This document shows positions 1 through 7,818 of a stretch of 64,000 nucleotides of DNA, one piece after another. The notes beneath the pieces were generated by a model. It was not told where the DNA came from. It saw only the letters and a program-made list of their open reading frames with translations, and made no database searches. Origin of the DNA: Candidatus Micrarchaeota archaeon (GTDB lineage Archaea > Micrarchaeota > Micrarchaeia > Burarchaeales > JAKAKT01); assembly GCA_021813385.1 (NCBI GenBank), contig JAKAKT010000090.1:2867-66866 (forward strand), given 5' to 3'. Numbering within the stretch: position 1 is the first letter of the stretch; every line of letters starts with the position of its first letter. The translations under genes and the position numbers were made by a program.

Positions 1-7
1 GCGGAGT

Positions 8-877
8 TTAGTTATCTCGTTCCGAAAGATTTACCCAGACTAAATAATGGTCGCTAATCGTTGTATTAATACCGGTTTTGTAAATGCCATAATCTACGAA
101 TTCCGAGGTAGCATTTCCGTTCAGAAGAATCCTATCGTAAGCGCAGTTTGTCGCGTGCACGGTCGTATCCGCGCCTTCTGGGATAACCCAGGTCCAATTC
201 TTGAAGTGGGTCCTATTGTTTTTTGGGTAGTAGCCGCAATCGGCATTCAAATCTCCTAACACAACAGTATTCTCGCTCGCGTTTACTATCGGTTCAAGGG
301 CGGCCAGCTCGGTAGGAACCGAATCCGGAGCCGTGTGAATGTTGTATACCCGTAACTGGTAACCATCCGTCTCAAAATCGACCTCAATAGGGGGCCTCTC
401 CCACCTGTCCTTCGGGTCAGGATTAAAGTCCCTGAAACCTACAAGTTTGATGTTTTTTCGATAGATAATGCCTATCTGCTCCTTGTTTGACGAACGACCC
501 GCGCGGCTCGAATTTATGCAATTGTGGGTTGGAATCCGAGCACATAACGCTGGAAATGCGCTACCGGTTTCATCGCGGATTTCCTGGACGAACGCAATGT
601 CGTAGGCACCCAATACCCGAGCATACGCCTCAAGCAAGGTCGCATTGGATGCCTTGTGTTGTCCGAATGCCTGGAGGTTCCAGCTAGCGAGGGTTATCGA
701 CCGAACAGAGGTAGAGTTTACAGAGACGTTGCGGACAGCTTCGCCCGGCTGTCTGATTTCGCTAACGTTGCGTGCTGGCTGCAAGAATACGTAAAGGACA
801 AGCACGATAACGAGCAGGAAAACAACCAAGAGTATAAGGTTTCTTGCTCGCAAGCGTTCACCATTGTTTTTCATCAA
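8..877 (-). CDS. DNase I-like (EEP superfamily) extracellular nuclease, N-terminal TM anchor
   Basis: Translation aligns by eye to bovine DNase I across the active-site blocks: SWNLQAFG vs NIRTFG, GDLNADCGYY vs GDFNADCSYV, IPEGADTTVHATNCAYDRILL vs IPDSADTTATSTNCAYDRIVV, ISDHYLVWV vs SDHYPVEV. Both catalytic His residues are conserved. A hydrophobic N-terminal helix follows a basic start. Confidence 0.8.
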   Translation of the reverse strand: MMKNNGERLRARNLILLVVFLLVIVLVLYVFLQPARNVSEIRQPGEAVRNVSVNSTSVRSITLASWNLQAFGQHKASNATLLEAYARVLGAYDIAFVQEIRDETGSAFPALCARIPTHNCINSSRAGRSSNKEQIGIIYRKNIKLVGFRDFNPDPKDRWERPPIEVDFETDGYQLRVYNIHTAPDSVPTELAALEPIVNASENTVVLGDLNADCGYYPKNNRTHFKNWTWVIPEGADTTVHATNCAYDRILLNGNATSEFVDYGIYKTGINTTISDHYLVWVNLSERDN

Positions 878-1532
878 TCTTGTTCCCGTTCTTATCGAAC
901 AGCGTTACAGAATCGTGAGTTTTGGCCAGATAAAGTTTGGTTGTTGCTCTCGTAGGATTAAACGTCGTTCCCTTGACGGACCATTCACTATTAGGTGCGA
1001 TGATGGTTCCTGCTGGTATCGTGTAAGTTCCTTCTCCATCTGTCAGTTGCCAGCCTCCGATATCTGCCCTGGAATTGCCAGAGTTACAGAGTTGTATCAG
1101 CTGGTCGTCGGACTTTACCCCGGTTGAAGGATTGTATACGACCTTGCATATCGTAACAGTTGGTGTTTGGGTCTCCGGATTAGTAGTATTCTGTAGGGGC
1201 ACAGGTTTTACTTCAGTTTGATTTGTCGGATTCGTGGTATTCTGCGGGAGCACGGGTTTTTCTTCGGTTTTGTTTGGCCCCAACTCGGTCGTGGTGTTTG
1301 GTTGTGGCACGGTTTTGTTTGCATCTGGAACCGGCGCATCTGGACGGATAGTATTCATAACGTTCGGAATTGATGTATCCGAATCAGTAGTGTTTTGCTG
1401 GGGCGATGGTATTACTTCAGATGGATTAACCCCCGACTCGGTTTTCGCGGTAGAATTGTTCGTGCAGCCGAAAAACAAAACGACGAGCAGCAACGATGCC
1501 AAAAGGAGGACTTTCGGAGCAACCGTTCTCAT
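858..1532 (-). CDS. secreted lipoprotein with Thr/Pro/Asn-rich linker and C-terminal lamin-tail (LTD)-like domain
   Basis: Signal peptide ending in FFGC (lipobox-like). Low-complexity linker with repeated KPVLPQNTTNPTNQTE / KPVPLQNTTNPETQT. The C-terminal block ICKVVYNPSTG...DDQLIQLCNSGNSRADIGGWQLTDGEGTYTIPAGTIIAPNSEW resembles an LTD. Overlaps the downstream DNase I gene by 20 nt, which suggests an operon. Confidence 0.55.
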   Translation of the reverse strand: MRTVAPKVLLLASLLLVVLFFGCTNNSTAKTESGVNPSEVIPSPQQNTTDSDTSIPNVMNTIRPDAPVPDANKTVPQPNTTTELGPNKTEEKPVLPQNTTNPTNQTEVKPVPLQNTTNPETQTPTVTICKVVYNPSTGVKSDDQLIQLCNSGNSRADIGGWQLTDGEGTYTIPAGTIIAPNSEWSVKGTTFNPTRATTKLYLAKTHDSVTLFDKNGNKIDEKQW

Positions 1533-1593
1533 TTAATGACCGTAGTTCTATTATGATACTAAAGTATAAATACTTACGCGTCTACAATAAATA

Positions 1594-1953
1594 TTGAGAG
1601 ACCAAAGTATCCTACGGGATACGGTGGTCTTATTGAATAAGAGCTACGAGTGGATTAGTTTGCTGGTTTCCGAGGGCACGCTGGAGATTTTGAAGTATCT
1701 CGCAGAGCGAGATGTGGGACACTTTAAGGAGCTACGGAGCCTCAAAAACTTTCGCACAAAAAGGAATTTTTCATCCAACACCATCTCGCTTCGAATAAAA
1801 GAACTTGTGGGTTATGGCGCAATAGAACGGACTATCTCTGACAGTAAGGGTCGGAATCTTGTTGCTTACAGGATAACCGATGCTGGGCGTAAATGTATAG
1901 AACTTGCTGACAAATTTGACGACGAACTTTCGGTGGTTTTGAAGAAAAAATAA
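1594..1953 (+). CDS. HxlR-type winged-helix transcriptional regulator
   Basis: 119 aa. The NTISLRIKELVGYGAIER segment matches the HxlR recognition helix/wing pattern (LSxRLKELEEaGli). First gene of a tightly spaced three-gene + strand operon. Confidence 0.55.
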   Translation: MRDQSILRDTVVLLNKSYEWISLLVSEGTLEILKYLAERDVGHFKELRSLKNFRTKRNFSSNTISLRIKELVGYGAIERTISDSKGRNLVAYRITDAGRKCIELADKFDDELSVVLKKK

Positions 1954-1957
1954 TTGC

Positions 1958-2443
1958 TTGAAGGAATTAGACATGACATATAATATATTCATAAGCTACA
2001 GCTCAAAGGACCTCGAAGAAGCGAACAAAATCAAAACACTTATTGACCAAATTCCAGATGCACGGAGTTTTTTGGCGGAAACAAATTTACTTGTGGGCAG
2101 CTTAAGCCAGAATATCATTTCTGCGATACAACGGTGCGACATATTTGTAGTTCTTTATAGCAAGAATTCGCACAATTCAAGTTATGTCCAGCAGGAGATA
2201 GGAGCTGCGCGAATGAGCAACAAGCTAATTCTTCCGATAGTTCTTGACCCAGAAACCAAGCCTGACGCAATGATAAAAGAAATTGGTTATCTCGCTTTCT
2301 ATGACTCAACAAAAAGGCATGAAGAAATGAAAAAACTATACGACCACATTCTAAACGGAGCCAGGCAAAAGGCAAACAATCAAACGGTTCTCGGGCTTGC
2401 GCTGCTTTTGGTTTTGGCTGGCATCGCATCTGAAAAACATTGA
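1958..2443 (+). CDS. TIR-domain protein with C-terminal transmembrane helix
   Basis: N-terminal YNIFISYSSKDLEEANKI is the classic TIR strand-1/helix-A start. SSYVQQEIGAA matches the TIR catalytic-Glu block (S-x-W/Y-C/V-x-x-E-L/I). C-terminal VLGLALLLVLAGIA is hydrophobic. A 4-nt gap separates it from the upstream regulator. Confidence 0.7.
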   Translation: MKELDMTYNIFISYSSKDLEEANKIKTLIDQIPDARSFLAETNLLVGSLSQNIISAIQRCDIFVVLYSKNSHNSSYVQQEIGAARMSNKLILPIVLDPETKPDAMIKEIGYLAFYDSTKRHEEMKKLYDHILNGARQKANNQTVLGLALLLVLAGIASEKH

Positions 2444-2450
2444 AGGTAAG

Positions 2451-3359
2451 ATGATGGGTAAATCTCGTAAAAAGTCAAGAGAGAAACGAGTTAAGATTAG
2501 CCAACTGACGTTCCCAAAACCAGAAAAGAACTTCGTCAATGCATATCGAAATCTCACGTATCAGCATGTTATTTCCGAGCTTAAGAAGATTGAATCCACG
2601 AAAAAGACCAAACCGCCTCAGTTTGAAGAAGAAAAAAAGTATTTGGTGCAGAGTTACTCATCACAAAGTCCAGACGAGATTCAGATTGAAGACGATGACG
2701 GCACGTATTTTCCAAAACCAATTCCCTTACCTTCTGCCTTGTTCGTTCAGTTTGCTGAACCGCACGTATTGATTACTGATTGGAGCGAGGACGTTAAATC
2801 GTGGTATCATTTCCAAGAGCTTATACAGGAATTGGAAAAGCAGGCCTTCGTTTCGTATTTCCAAGGCCTTTATTATGCTTGTTTCATGTGTTCGGTTGGC
2901 TGTCTGGAGTATATTATGAAATATGAATACATACGGAAAACGCATGATGAAAGTATCTTACAAAACCAAACGTTTGGAACGATGCTAAAAAAACTGACGG
3001 ACATCAATCTCGAAAAATACAGGGAGGATTTGGAACTTGTTAATGGGATTCGCAATGGATTTTTCCATCTTAACACTGACAAACTAAAAAATTCGATTGT
3101 CGAATTGAGGACAAAACGCTACAAAAATGTAAAAATTAATACTTTAGATATGGGGACAGACCGATTAACGACTCAAACGATGGATAGAGAATACCACAAA
3201 GATACATTCGACATTCCAGATAATAAGGACATGAGCAAAATCAGTCACCATGTTTACTGCCTACTTAACAAGATTACGAATGAGTTATATGGTCCGAAAC
3301 AGCAGGCCTCATTTATCAAAGAATGCATTAGAGACTATGAAACTCGATACATGGGATAG
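2451..3359 (+). CDS. hypothetical protein with putative HEPN (DUF4145/Apea-like) domain; basic N-terminus
   Basis: 302 aa. TFGTMLKKLTDINLEKYREDLELVNGIRNGFFHLN carries an Rx4H motif (R-N-G-F-F-H) in the context typical of DUF4145-type HEPN (L..iR..gN..aH). Lys/Arg-rich N-terminal tail. Start placed at ATG 2451, 7 nt after the TIR stop, rather than the overlapping 2397. Confidence 0.45.
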   Translation: MMGKSRKKSREKRVKISQLTFPKPEKNFVNAYRNLTYQHVISELKKIESTKKTKPPQFEEEKKYLVQSYSSQSPDEIQIEDDDGTYFPKPIPLPSALFVQFAEPHVLITDWSEDVKSWYHFQELIQELEKQAFVSYFQGLYYACFMCSVGCLEYIMKYEYIRKTHDESILQNQTFGTMLKKLTDINLEKYREDLELVNGIRNGFFHLNTDKLKNSIVELRTKRYKNVKINTLDMGTDRLTTQTMDREYHKDTFDIPDNKDMSKISHHVYCLLNKITNELYGPKQQASFIKECIRDYETRYMG

Positions 3360-3402
3360 GCACACAAATAGGAAATGGAGAGAGCACTATACGGCTTCCC
3401 GC

Positions 3403-4560
3403 TCAATAAAACGCTGTCTCCTCCTCGAAAATTTTTCCATCACTGGTGACGAATTTGAGTTTTAGGTAAGGTGTTTTCGAAGAATCAAGAGGACACCCAG
3501 ATAAGGAAAGCGAACCGAAGTTATATATTATGTCTTCGTGTTCGAAGCTTCCTAATCCCAACGTGGTGCGGGAGTAATCTTGTTTCTTAACGGTGAAAGT
3601 TTTAGTGCAGGAAGTCGTTTGAGTTTCATAAATTCCATAACCGGTCTTTTCTATTATGCTTATCGTTGCTGTTCCATCCGCTGTTGACGTAGAACCTTTT
3701 TCGTTTTGGAGAATAAAATATGCCGCCAATACATTTCCCTGTTTTGATGCGTATAATGTCTTTATTCCGGTTGGCGGGAAGATGTAATTTTTGAGTTGTA
3801 GGCAACTTTCTTTCATTTGACTGTTTGTTATTCGGTTACACGCATCCTCGTCGAATATCAGATTATTATTAACGGAATACGTAACGTAATTGGAGTAGCA
3901 AACATCCTTGTTGGTCACCTGGTCGTAATAACCTTTAGCTTCGTAACTAATCTCCCGCATCGTGCCGCAGATGAAATAGTTATTTCTTATAAACGCAACT
4001 CCGAGATAACAGTTTGACAAGTAATACGGGTCCATGATTTCGTCGCACACATCGGTATTATTTTTCTGAACCGCCATAGAGACGTATTTGCTGGTATAGC
4101 AGGCTCCTACCTCTTTTTCAATTTCGTCTTTACTCATCTTCTCGGAGTTGTAGAGGTTTATACACTTGTCTTTAGTGCAAAAACCCACGTAGCACGTCAT
4201 CCCTGTCCCACATGTTGTTCCGTTCAAGACTTCGTGCTTACACTCTAAACTCGTAGTCTCACAGTAATCGCGAGTGCAGAGGTTTCCGTCGTCACAGCTT
4301 TCCGGGCATTTTTTGCATTTGCTTATATCGGTGACAGTCGTGTTGTCTGGACACGTATATGTAGGGCATTTCGAGAGGTCCATAACCGAAGTGCCGTCAG
4401 GGCAGATATATGTTTTTTGGCATTCACTTAAGTTCTTGACAACGCTACCGTCCGGGCATTCGTAGGTTTTAATAGGTCCAGTAGGGGCTTGTTGTTGAGT
4501 TGAACAACCAAATATGCCAAACGCCAAGACCAGAACGGCGAGTAGGTAAAGTGATTTCAT
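3403..4560 (-). CDS. cysteine-rich secreted lipoprotein
   Basis: Signal peptide with FGIFGCS lipobox. Three tandem ~17-aa repeats Y-x-CPDG-x-V-x-x-LS-x-C. A CPESCDDGNLCTRDYC...CKHE module is shared with the 54499-56700 protein. Confidence 0.65.
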   Translation of the reverse strand: MKSLYLLAVLVLAFGIFGCSTQQQAPTGPIKTYECPDGSVVKNLSECQKTYICPDGTSVMDLSKCPTYTCPDNTTVTDISKCKKCPESCDDGNLCTRDYCETTSLECKHEVLNGTTCGTGMTCYVGFCTKDKCINLYNSEKMSKDEIEKEVGACYTSKYVSMAVQKNNTDVCDEIMDPYYLSNCYLGVAFIRNNYFICGTMREISYEAKGYYDQVTNKDVCYSNYVTYSVNNNLIFDEDACNRITNSQMKESCLQLKNYIFPPTGIKTLYASKQGNVLAAYFILQNEKGSTSTADGTATISIIEKTGYGIYETQTTSCTKTFTVKKQDYSRTTLGLGSFEHEDIIYNFGSLSLSGCPLDSSKTPYLKLKFVTSDGKIFEEETAFY

Positions 4561-5528
4561 GAGCGCACCTTTTTTGTCATTGCCTGGATAAGAACATAGG
4601 GCCGTAAACCATCGTCCACGGTGAAATATCTCAATTTCTCCCTATTCTTAACTCCAACAGCAATGTAATCCTTCCCAAAGTTTAGCGAGATTATTTCTTT
4701 CGGCAAGATTTGAATATTTTTGAAGCTTCCTCTAAACAGGAGCTTGCTGTTAGTTATGGATAAACTTCCGGCATCAAGTTGTTTTACCGAATGGGTCGGT
4801 TCCGATTGACCTTGTGACCCACCCAGAAATACTCCTTTTGAAACTCGGACCCCCGCGTAACCGGTTGAATAACTCCGGCCTACTCTCTCTTCGAGGAGGG
4901 CCGCTGATTCGGAGTAATAGACATTCTCGTCTTTTTCTAAAACGATACCTTGCGTGTTATCGATGGACTGAAAGGTCACGTTAAGGTCTATCTTATCGAT
5001 ACCGTCTTCTTTTTTGGATACCATTTCGTCTAAAATCTCGACGATAGGGTTGTTTTTTCCCTTTCCGAAAACAATGAGTTCGTTGGAATAGAAAACACGC
5101 CAATCGTATAAGGTTTCTTTAAAATTCTGGTTTTTTGTTTTTATTCTGAACTTATCTTGCCCGAATTCGCTTTTACCGATTGGGATATACTCGGTGTTAC
5201 AAACGGAACAACCGATTATCTGTTGACTCGTTAGCCCAAACAAGCCCTTTTTTGTCTGAACTTTTACCTGTCCTTCCTTACAAAAAACACATTTGTTAAA
5301 CAAGATTCCCTCGGGCATTTCTTTATCAGTTTGGAGTTTTACTGGGTTTGCCGAGGTTTCTTCAGGCGCGAGTGGCGTCAGAACCCTCCATTTATAAAGA
5401 AACCCGAAGATTCCCATGATAAACAAAACGAACCCGATGAAGATTGGAGCCGTAAGGAAACCGAATAATAAAAGCCACCAGCGATACTTTATTGCAAAAT
5501 TCTGTAATTTTGCAGACCCCTGATACAA
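4557..5528 (-). CDS. membrane protein with zinc-ribbon and possible PH-like C-terminal domain
   Basis: Two N-terminal TM helices, then CVFC...CSVC (zinc-ribbon spacing). C-terminal beta-rich region (SLSITNSKLLFRGSFKNIQILPKEIISLNF). 4-nt overlap with the upstream Cys-rich lipoprotein gene. Confidence 0.55.
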   Translation of the reverse strand: MYQGSAKLQNFAIKYRWWLLLFGFLTAPIFIGFVLFIMGIFGFLYKWRVLTPLAPEETSANPVKLQTDKEMPEGILFNKCVFCKEGQVKVQTKKGLFGLTSQQIIGCSVCNTEYIPIGKSEFGQDKFRIKTKNQNFKETLYDWRVFYSNELIVFGKGKNNPIVEILDEMVSKKEDGIDKIDLNVTFQSIDNTQGIVLEKDENVYYSESAALLEERVGRSYSTGYAGVRVSKGVFLGGSQGQSEPTHSVKQLDAGSLSITNSKLLFRGSFKNIQILPKEIISLNFGKDYIAVGVKNREKLRYFTVDDGLRPYVLIQAMTKKVRS

Positions 5529-5602
5529 TTGTTCACCCCACGTTAAAGTTAACGAAGTTTAAGGGTTTTAAGCTTTTAGCCTCTTCCGCGTTTGTGAGGT
5601 GT

Positions 5603-6151
5603 TCAGAAGGCGCTCGGTTCCGAGATATTCGACTTCATTAGTTTCTCGCGGATAGGCGACGGTAGGAAAAACAAGGTGGCAGAGCGGCCCAGCGCTTCCT
5701 CCCGTTTCGAAACCCAACCCAAGCCCACGAAGCCGTTCAGGACCCGGATTATTGTCGTATAGGCGGGTATCTGGACTCCGTCTTTCCTGTATCCCGCCAC
5801 TATTTCTTCCGCCTTGCGACGGTCTAAAGTCGCTAAATCGATTGTCTCCTTGTCGGTTTCTATGCTCGTGGAAGAAGGCTTTTTCGGCTTTTTTGCTGGG
5901 ATGAACATTCCCCCTGTTTCTTCTACCGGTATGGAACGAATGTTTGCGACGGTGCGCATACGAAGCTTGCCGTCCTCGTGGTCCCGGATTACGCGGGTGG
6001 CGAGCCTGAAGTAGACCTGCATCGAATTAATGGCGCAACGAGCGCTGTATAGCTCCCAAATAACCTGTTGCTCGATGTGAGCAAGCGCTTCCCATTGAAA
6101 CTCCGAAGGTTGTTTCGAGGTTGGATTCGATTCTGACGCTTTTTTGACCAT
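5603..6151 (-). CDS. hypothetical protein (island-associated)
   Basis: 182-aa ORF in the AT-rich island, divergent from the integrase. No recognisable motif. Confidence 0.4.
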   Translation of the reverse strand: MVKKASESNPTSKQPSEFQWEALAHIEQQVIWELYSARCAINSMQVYFRLATRVIRDHEDGKLRMRTVANIRSIPVEETGGMFIPAKKPKKPSSTSIETDKETIDLATLDRRKAEEIVAGYRKDGVQIPAYTTIIRVLNGFVGLGWVSKREEALGRSATLFFLPSPIREKLMKSNISEPSAF

Positions 6152-6447
6152 ATAAAACCCGTTTACTTTTGTATTGCATAGTATTTCATTAGATAGCCTT
6201 ATAAATGTTTACATTTATATTAGTTAACAGGAGACAACGCAACACAATGAAAGACAAAATATGCGAACGCTCCGGAAGTGATTGAGATGGATGACAAGGC
6301 CAAACTCTTGCCAAAAAGAAGAGAGAACCGGGAATTGTTTGTCGACAAAAGAACCCGCTTAAGCGCGGTAAGGAGATTTTGCGAAATGCATCGGATAAAC
6401 ATTCAGGAAACCGAGGATGTGCTCAAAATTTTCAAGTGAGGGAGAAG

Positions 6448-7674
6448 ATGACCAAGGCAAATATCTACGGAAAGGATTTCGAGAAGGAAGTCGAGAGAAT
6501 GCTGGGCACGTTGAGCGAAGCTAACAGGAAGCCGCTCATCGGATACGTAGAACACAATCGGCAGAGAGGCGTTACATTCCAGCGCTTATACAAGATTGTC
6601 ATTAACATAAGGACATTCATAAATCGCGGTCAGGTCAGGGATATCCGCCGGACCGACGCGGGGGCCGTGAAGGAATTCTTCAACAGCACCGAGTCGCAAG
6701 GCTGCTCGATTGAAACGCTGCGGGACTACAAGATTGTCCTTTCCGGGTTTTATCGCTGGCTTCACGGCATAAAAGGGCAAACGCTGCCCCCGGAAATGGA
6801 GTTCCTTGAAGGCAGGCAATTCAAACACGTCAAGAAAAGCGGACCGGTGCTCACGGAAGAGGACATAAGACGGATGATTGATGTCTCGCTTACGCTCCGG
6901 GACAAGTGCTTTATCACGCTCCTATGGGAATCTGGCGGGCGAATCGGGGAGATACTCGGGATGCAACGAAAAGACGTGCTGGCAGAAAACAAGGACAAAC
7001 GGGAATTCCGCCTTTATTTGGATGGGAAGACCGGCCCGAGGGAGATACTGGTAGTCGATAAGTGGGGATATGCCGACCAATACCTAAACGGGTTCGTTGG
7101 AGATAGCAAAACCTCCCTGTTTTGCACAAGACACCGCGCACACGCGACTTACCCCGCGTTCAGGAAAATGCTGACCGAGACGGCAAAACGGGCGGGAATA
7201 GACAAGAAAATCAATCCGCACTGGTTCCGCCACAGCCGGGCGACCTGTTTCGCGGAGGCCGGGATGTCCCCGATGCATATGGTCCCGTATATGGGCTGGT
7301 CCAACGGCACCAAGATGATTGGGACCTACACCCACCACTCGGCCCGCTCCGCAGATAATACGATTCGCTTGCTCCACTCGGACAACAGCGAGGAATTCAT
7401 GCGGAAGAACTTCGGCGAATTGGACAGTTGCGAAAGCAGGGCGAACCGCGTCGCCGAGGAAGAACTTCTCGACAGGTTCTTCCAAAAATACGGGGGCAGG
7501 ATAATCCAGCGGTTCGTCGAAAGCTATCAGGAGCTTGAAACCTACTCGAACGCGCCTTTAACAAATAAGAAAGATGCTCCGGCCGGGATTTTCAAACCCC
7601 TAGGTTTTCACCGTTTTTTCTTTGGGGTTGATCCAGACCTTTCTTTTTCCCAAAAAGAAAGGGAAGGATTTTGA
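6448..7674 (+). CDS. tyrosine recombinase / phage-type integrase
   Basis: HWFRHSRAT (HxxR box II) and TYTHHS (catalytic Tyr) lie near the C-terminus. Start chosen at MTKANIYG rather than the upstream M at 6379. A long C-terminal tail overlaps a tRNA on the opposite strand. Confidence 0.75.
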   Translation: MTKANIYGKDFEKEVERMLGTLSEANRKPLIGYVEHNRQRGVTFQRLYKIVINIRTFINRGQVRDIRRTDAGAVKEFFNSTESQGCSIETLRDYKIVLSGFYRWLHGIKGQTLPPEMEFLEGRQFKHVKKSGPVLTEEDIRRMIDVSLTLRDKCFITLLWESGGRIGEILGMQRKDVLAENKDKREFRLYLDGKTGPREILVVDKWGYADQYLNGFVGDSKTSLFCTRHRAHATYPAFRKMLTETAKRAGIDKKINPHWFRHSRATCFAEAGMSPMHMVPYMGWSNGTKMIGTYTHHSARSADNTIRLLHSDNSEEFMRKNFGELDSCESRANRVAEEELLDRFFQKYGGRIIQRFVESYQELETYSNAPLTNKKDAPAGIFKPLGFHRFFFGVDPDLSFSQKEREGF

Positions 7675-7763
7675 ACCCGGGTCACCGGCTCGATTGGCCG
7701 TCTAGCATGCCTTGGCATTCAAGACTGAGGCCGGAATCCTTGACCGGTCTAGACTACCGGAGC
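7575..7763 (-). tRNA. interrupted tRNA (identity uncertain); candidate introns in anticodon loop and T-loop, or att-site duplication
   Basis: Minus-strand sequence GCTCCGG-TA-GTCTAGACCGGTCAAGGAT-T-CCGGC-[40 nt]-GCCGG-TGA-CCGGG-TTCAAAATCC...[~64 nt]...GGGTTTGAAAATCCCGG-CCGGAGC-A. The 7-bp acceptor stem (GCTCCGG/CCGGAGC), anticodon stem (CCGGC/GCCGG) and T-stem (CCGGG/CCCGG) are perfect. The D-arm is plausible. The T-loop sequence is partially duplicated on either side of a ~64-nt insert. Confidence 0.45.
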
Positions 7764-7818
7764 AAACGCAGGTATTTTTGGCGACTCCGAGATTTAATAA
7801 GGTTTCGAAGCCGGGTTT

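Noticed and set aside
6379-6447. Upstream start for the integrase (MRNASDKHSG...)
   Set aside because: The extension is non-conserved-looking and low complexity. The later ATG (MTKANIYG) gives a typical integrase N-terminus. Low certainty either way.
7576-7600. Treating the tRNA 3' half alone as an orphan att fragment
   Set aside because: A full cloverleaf can be assembled once the upstream 5' part (7690-7763) is included. Reported instead as one interrupted tRNA.
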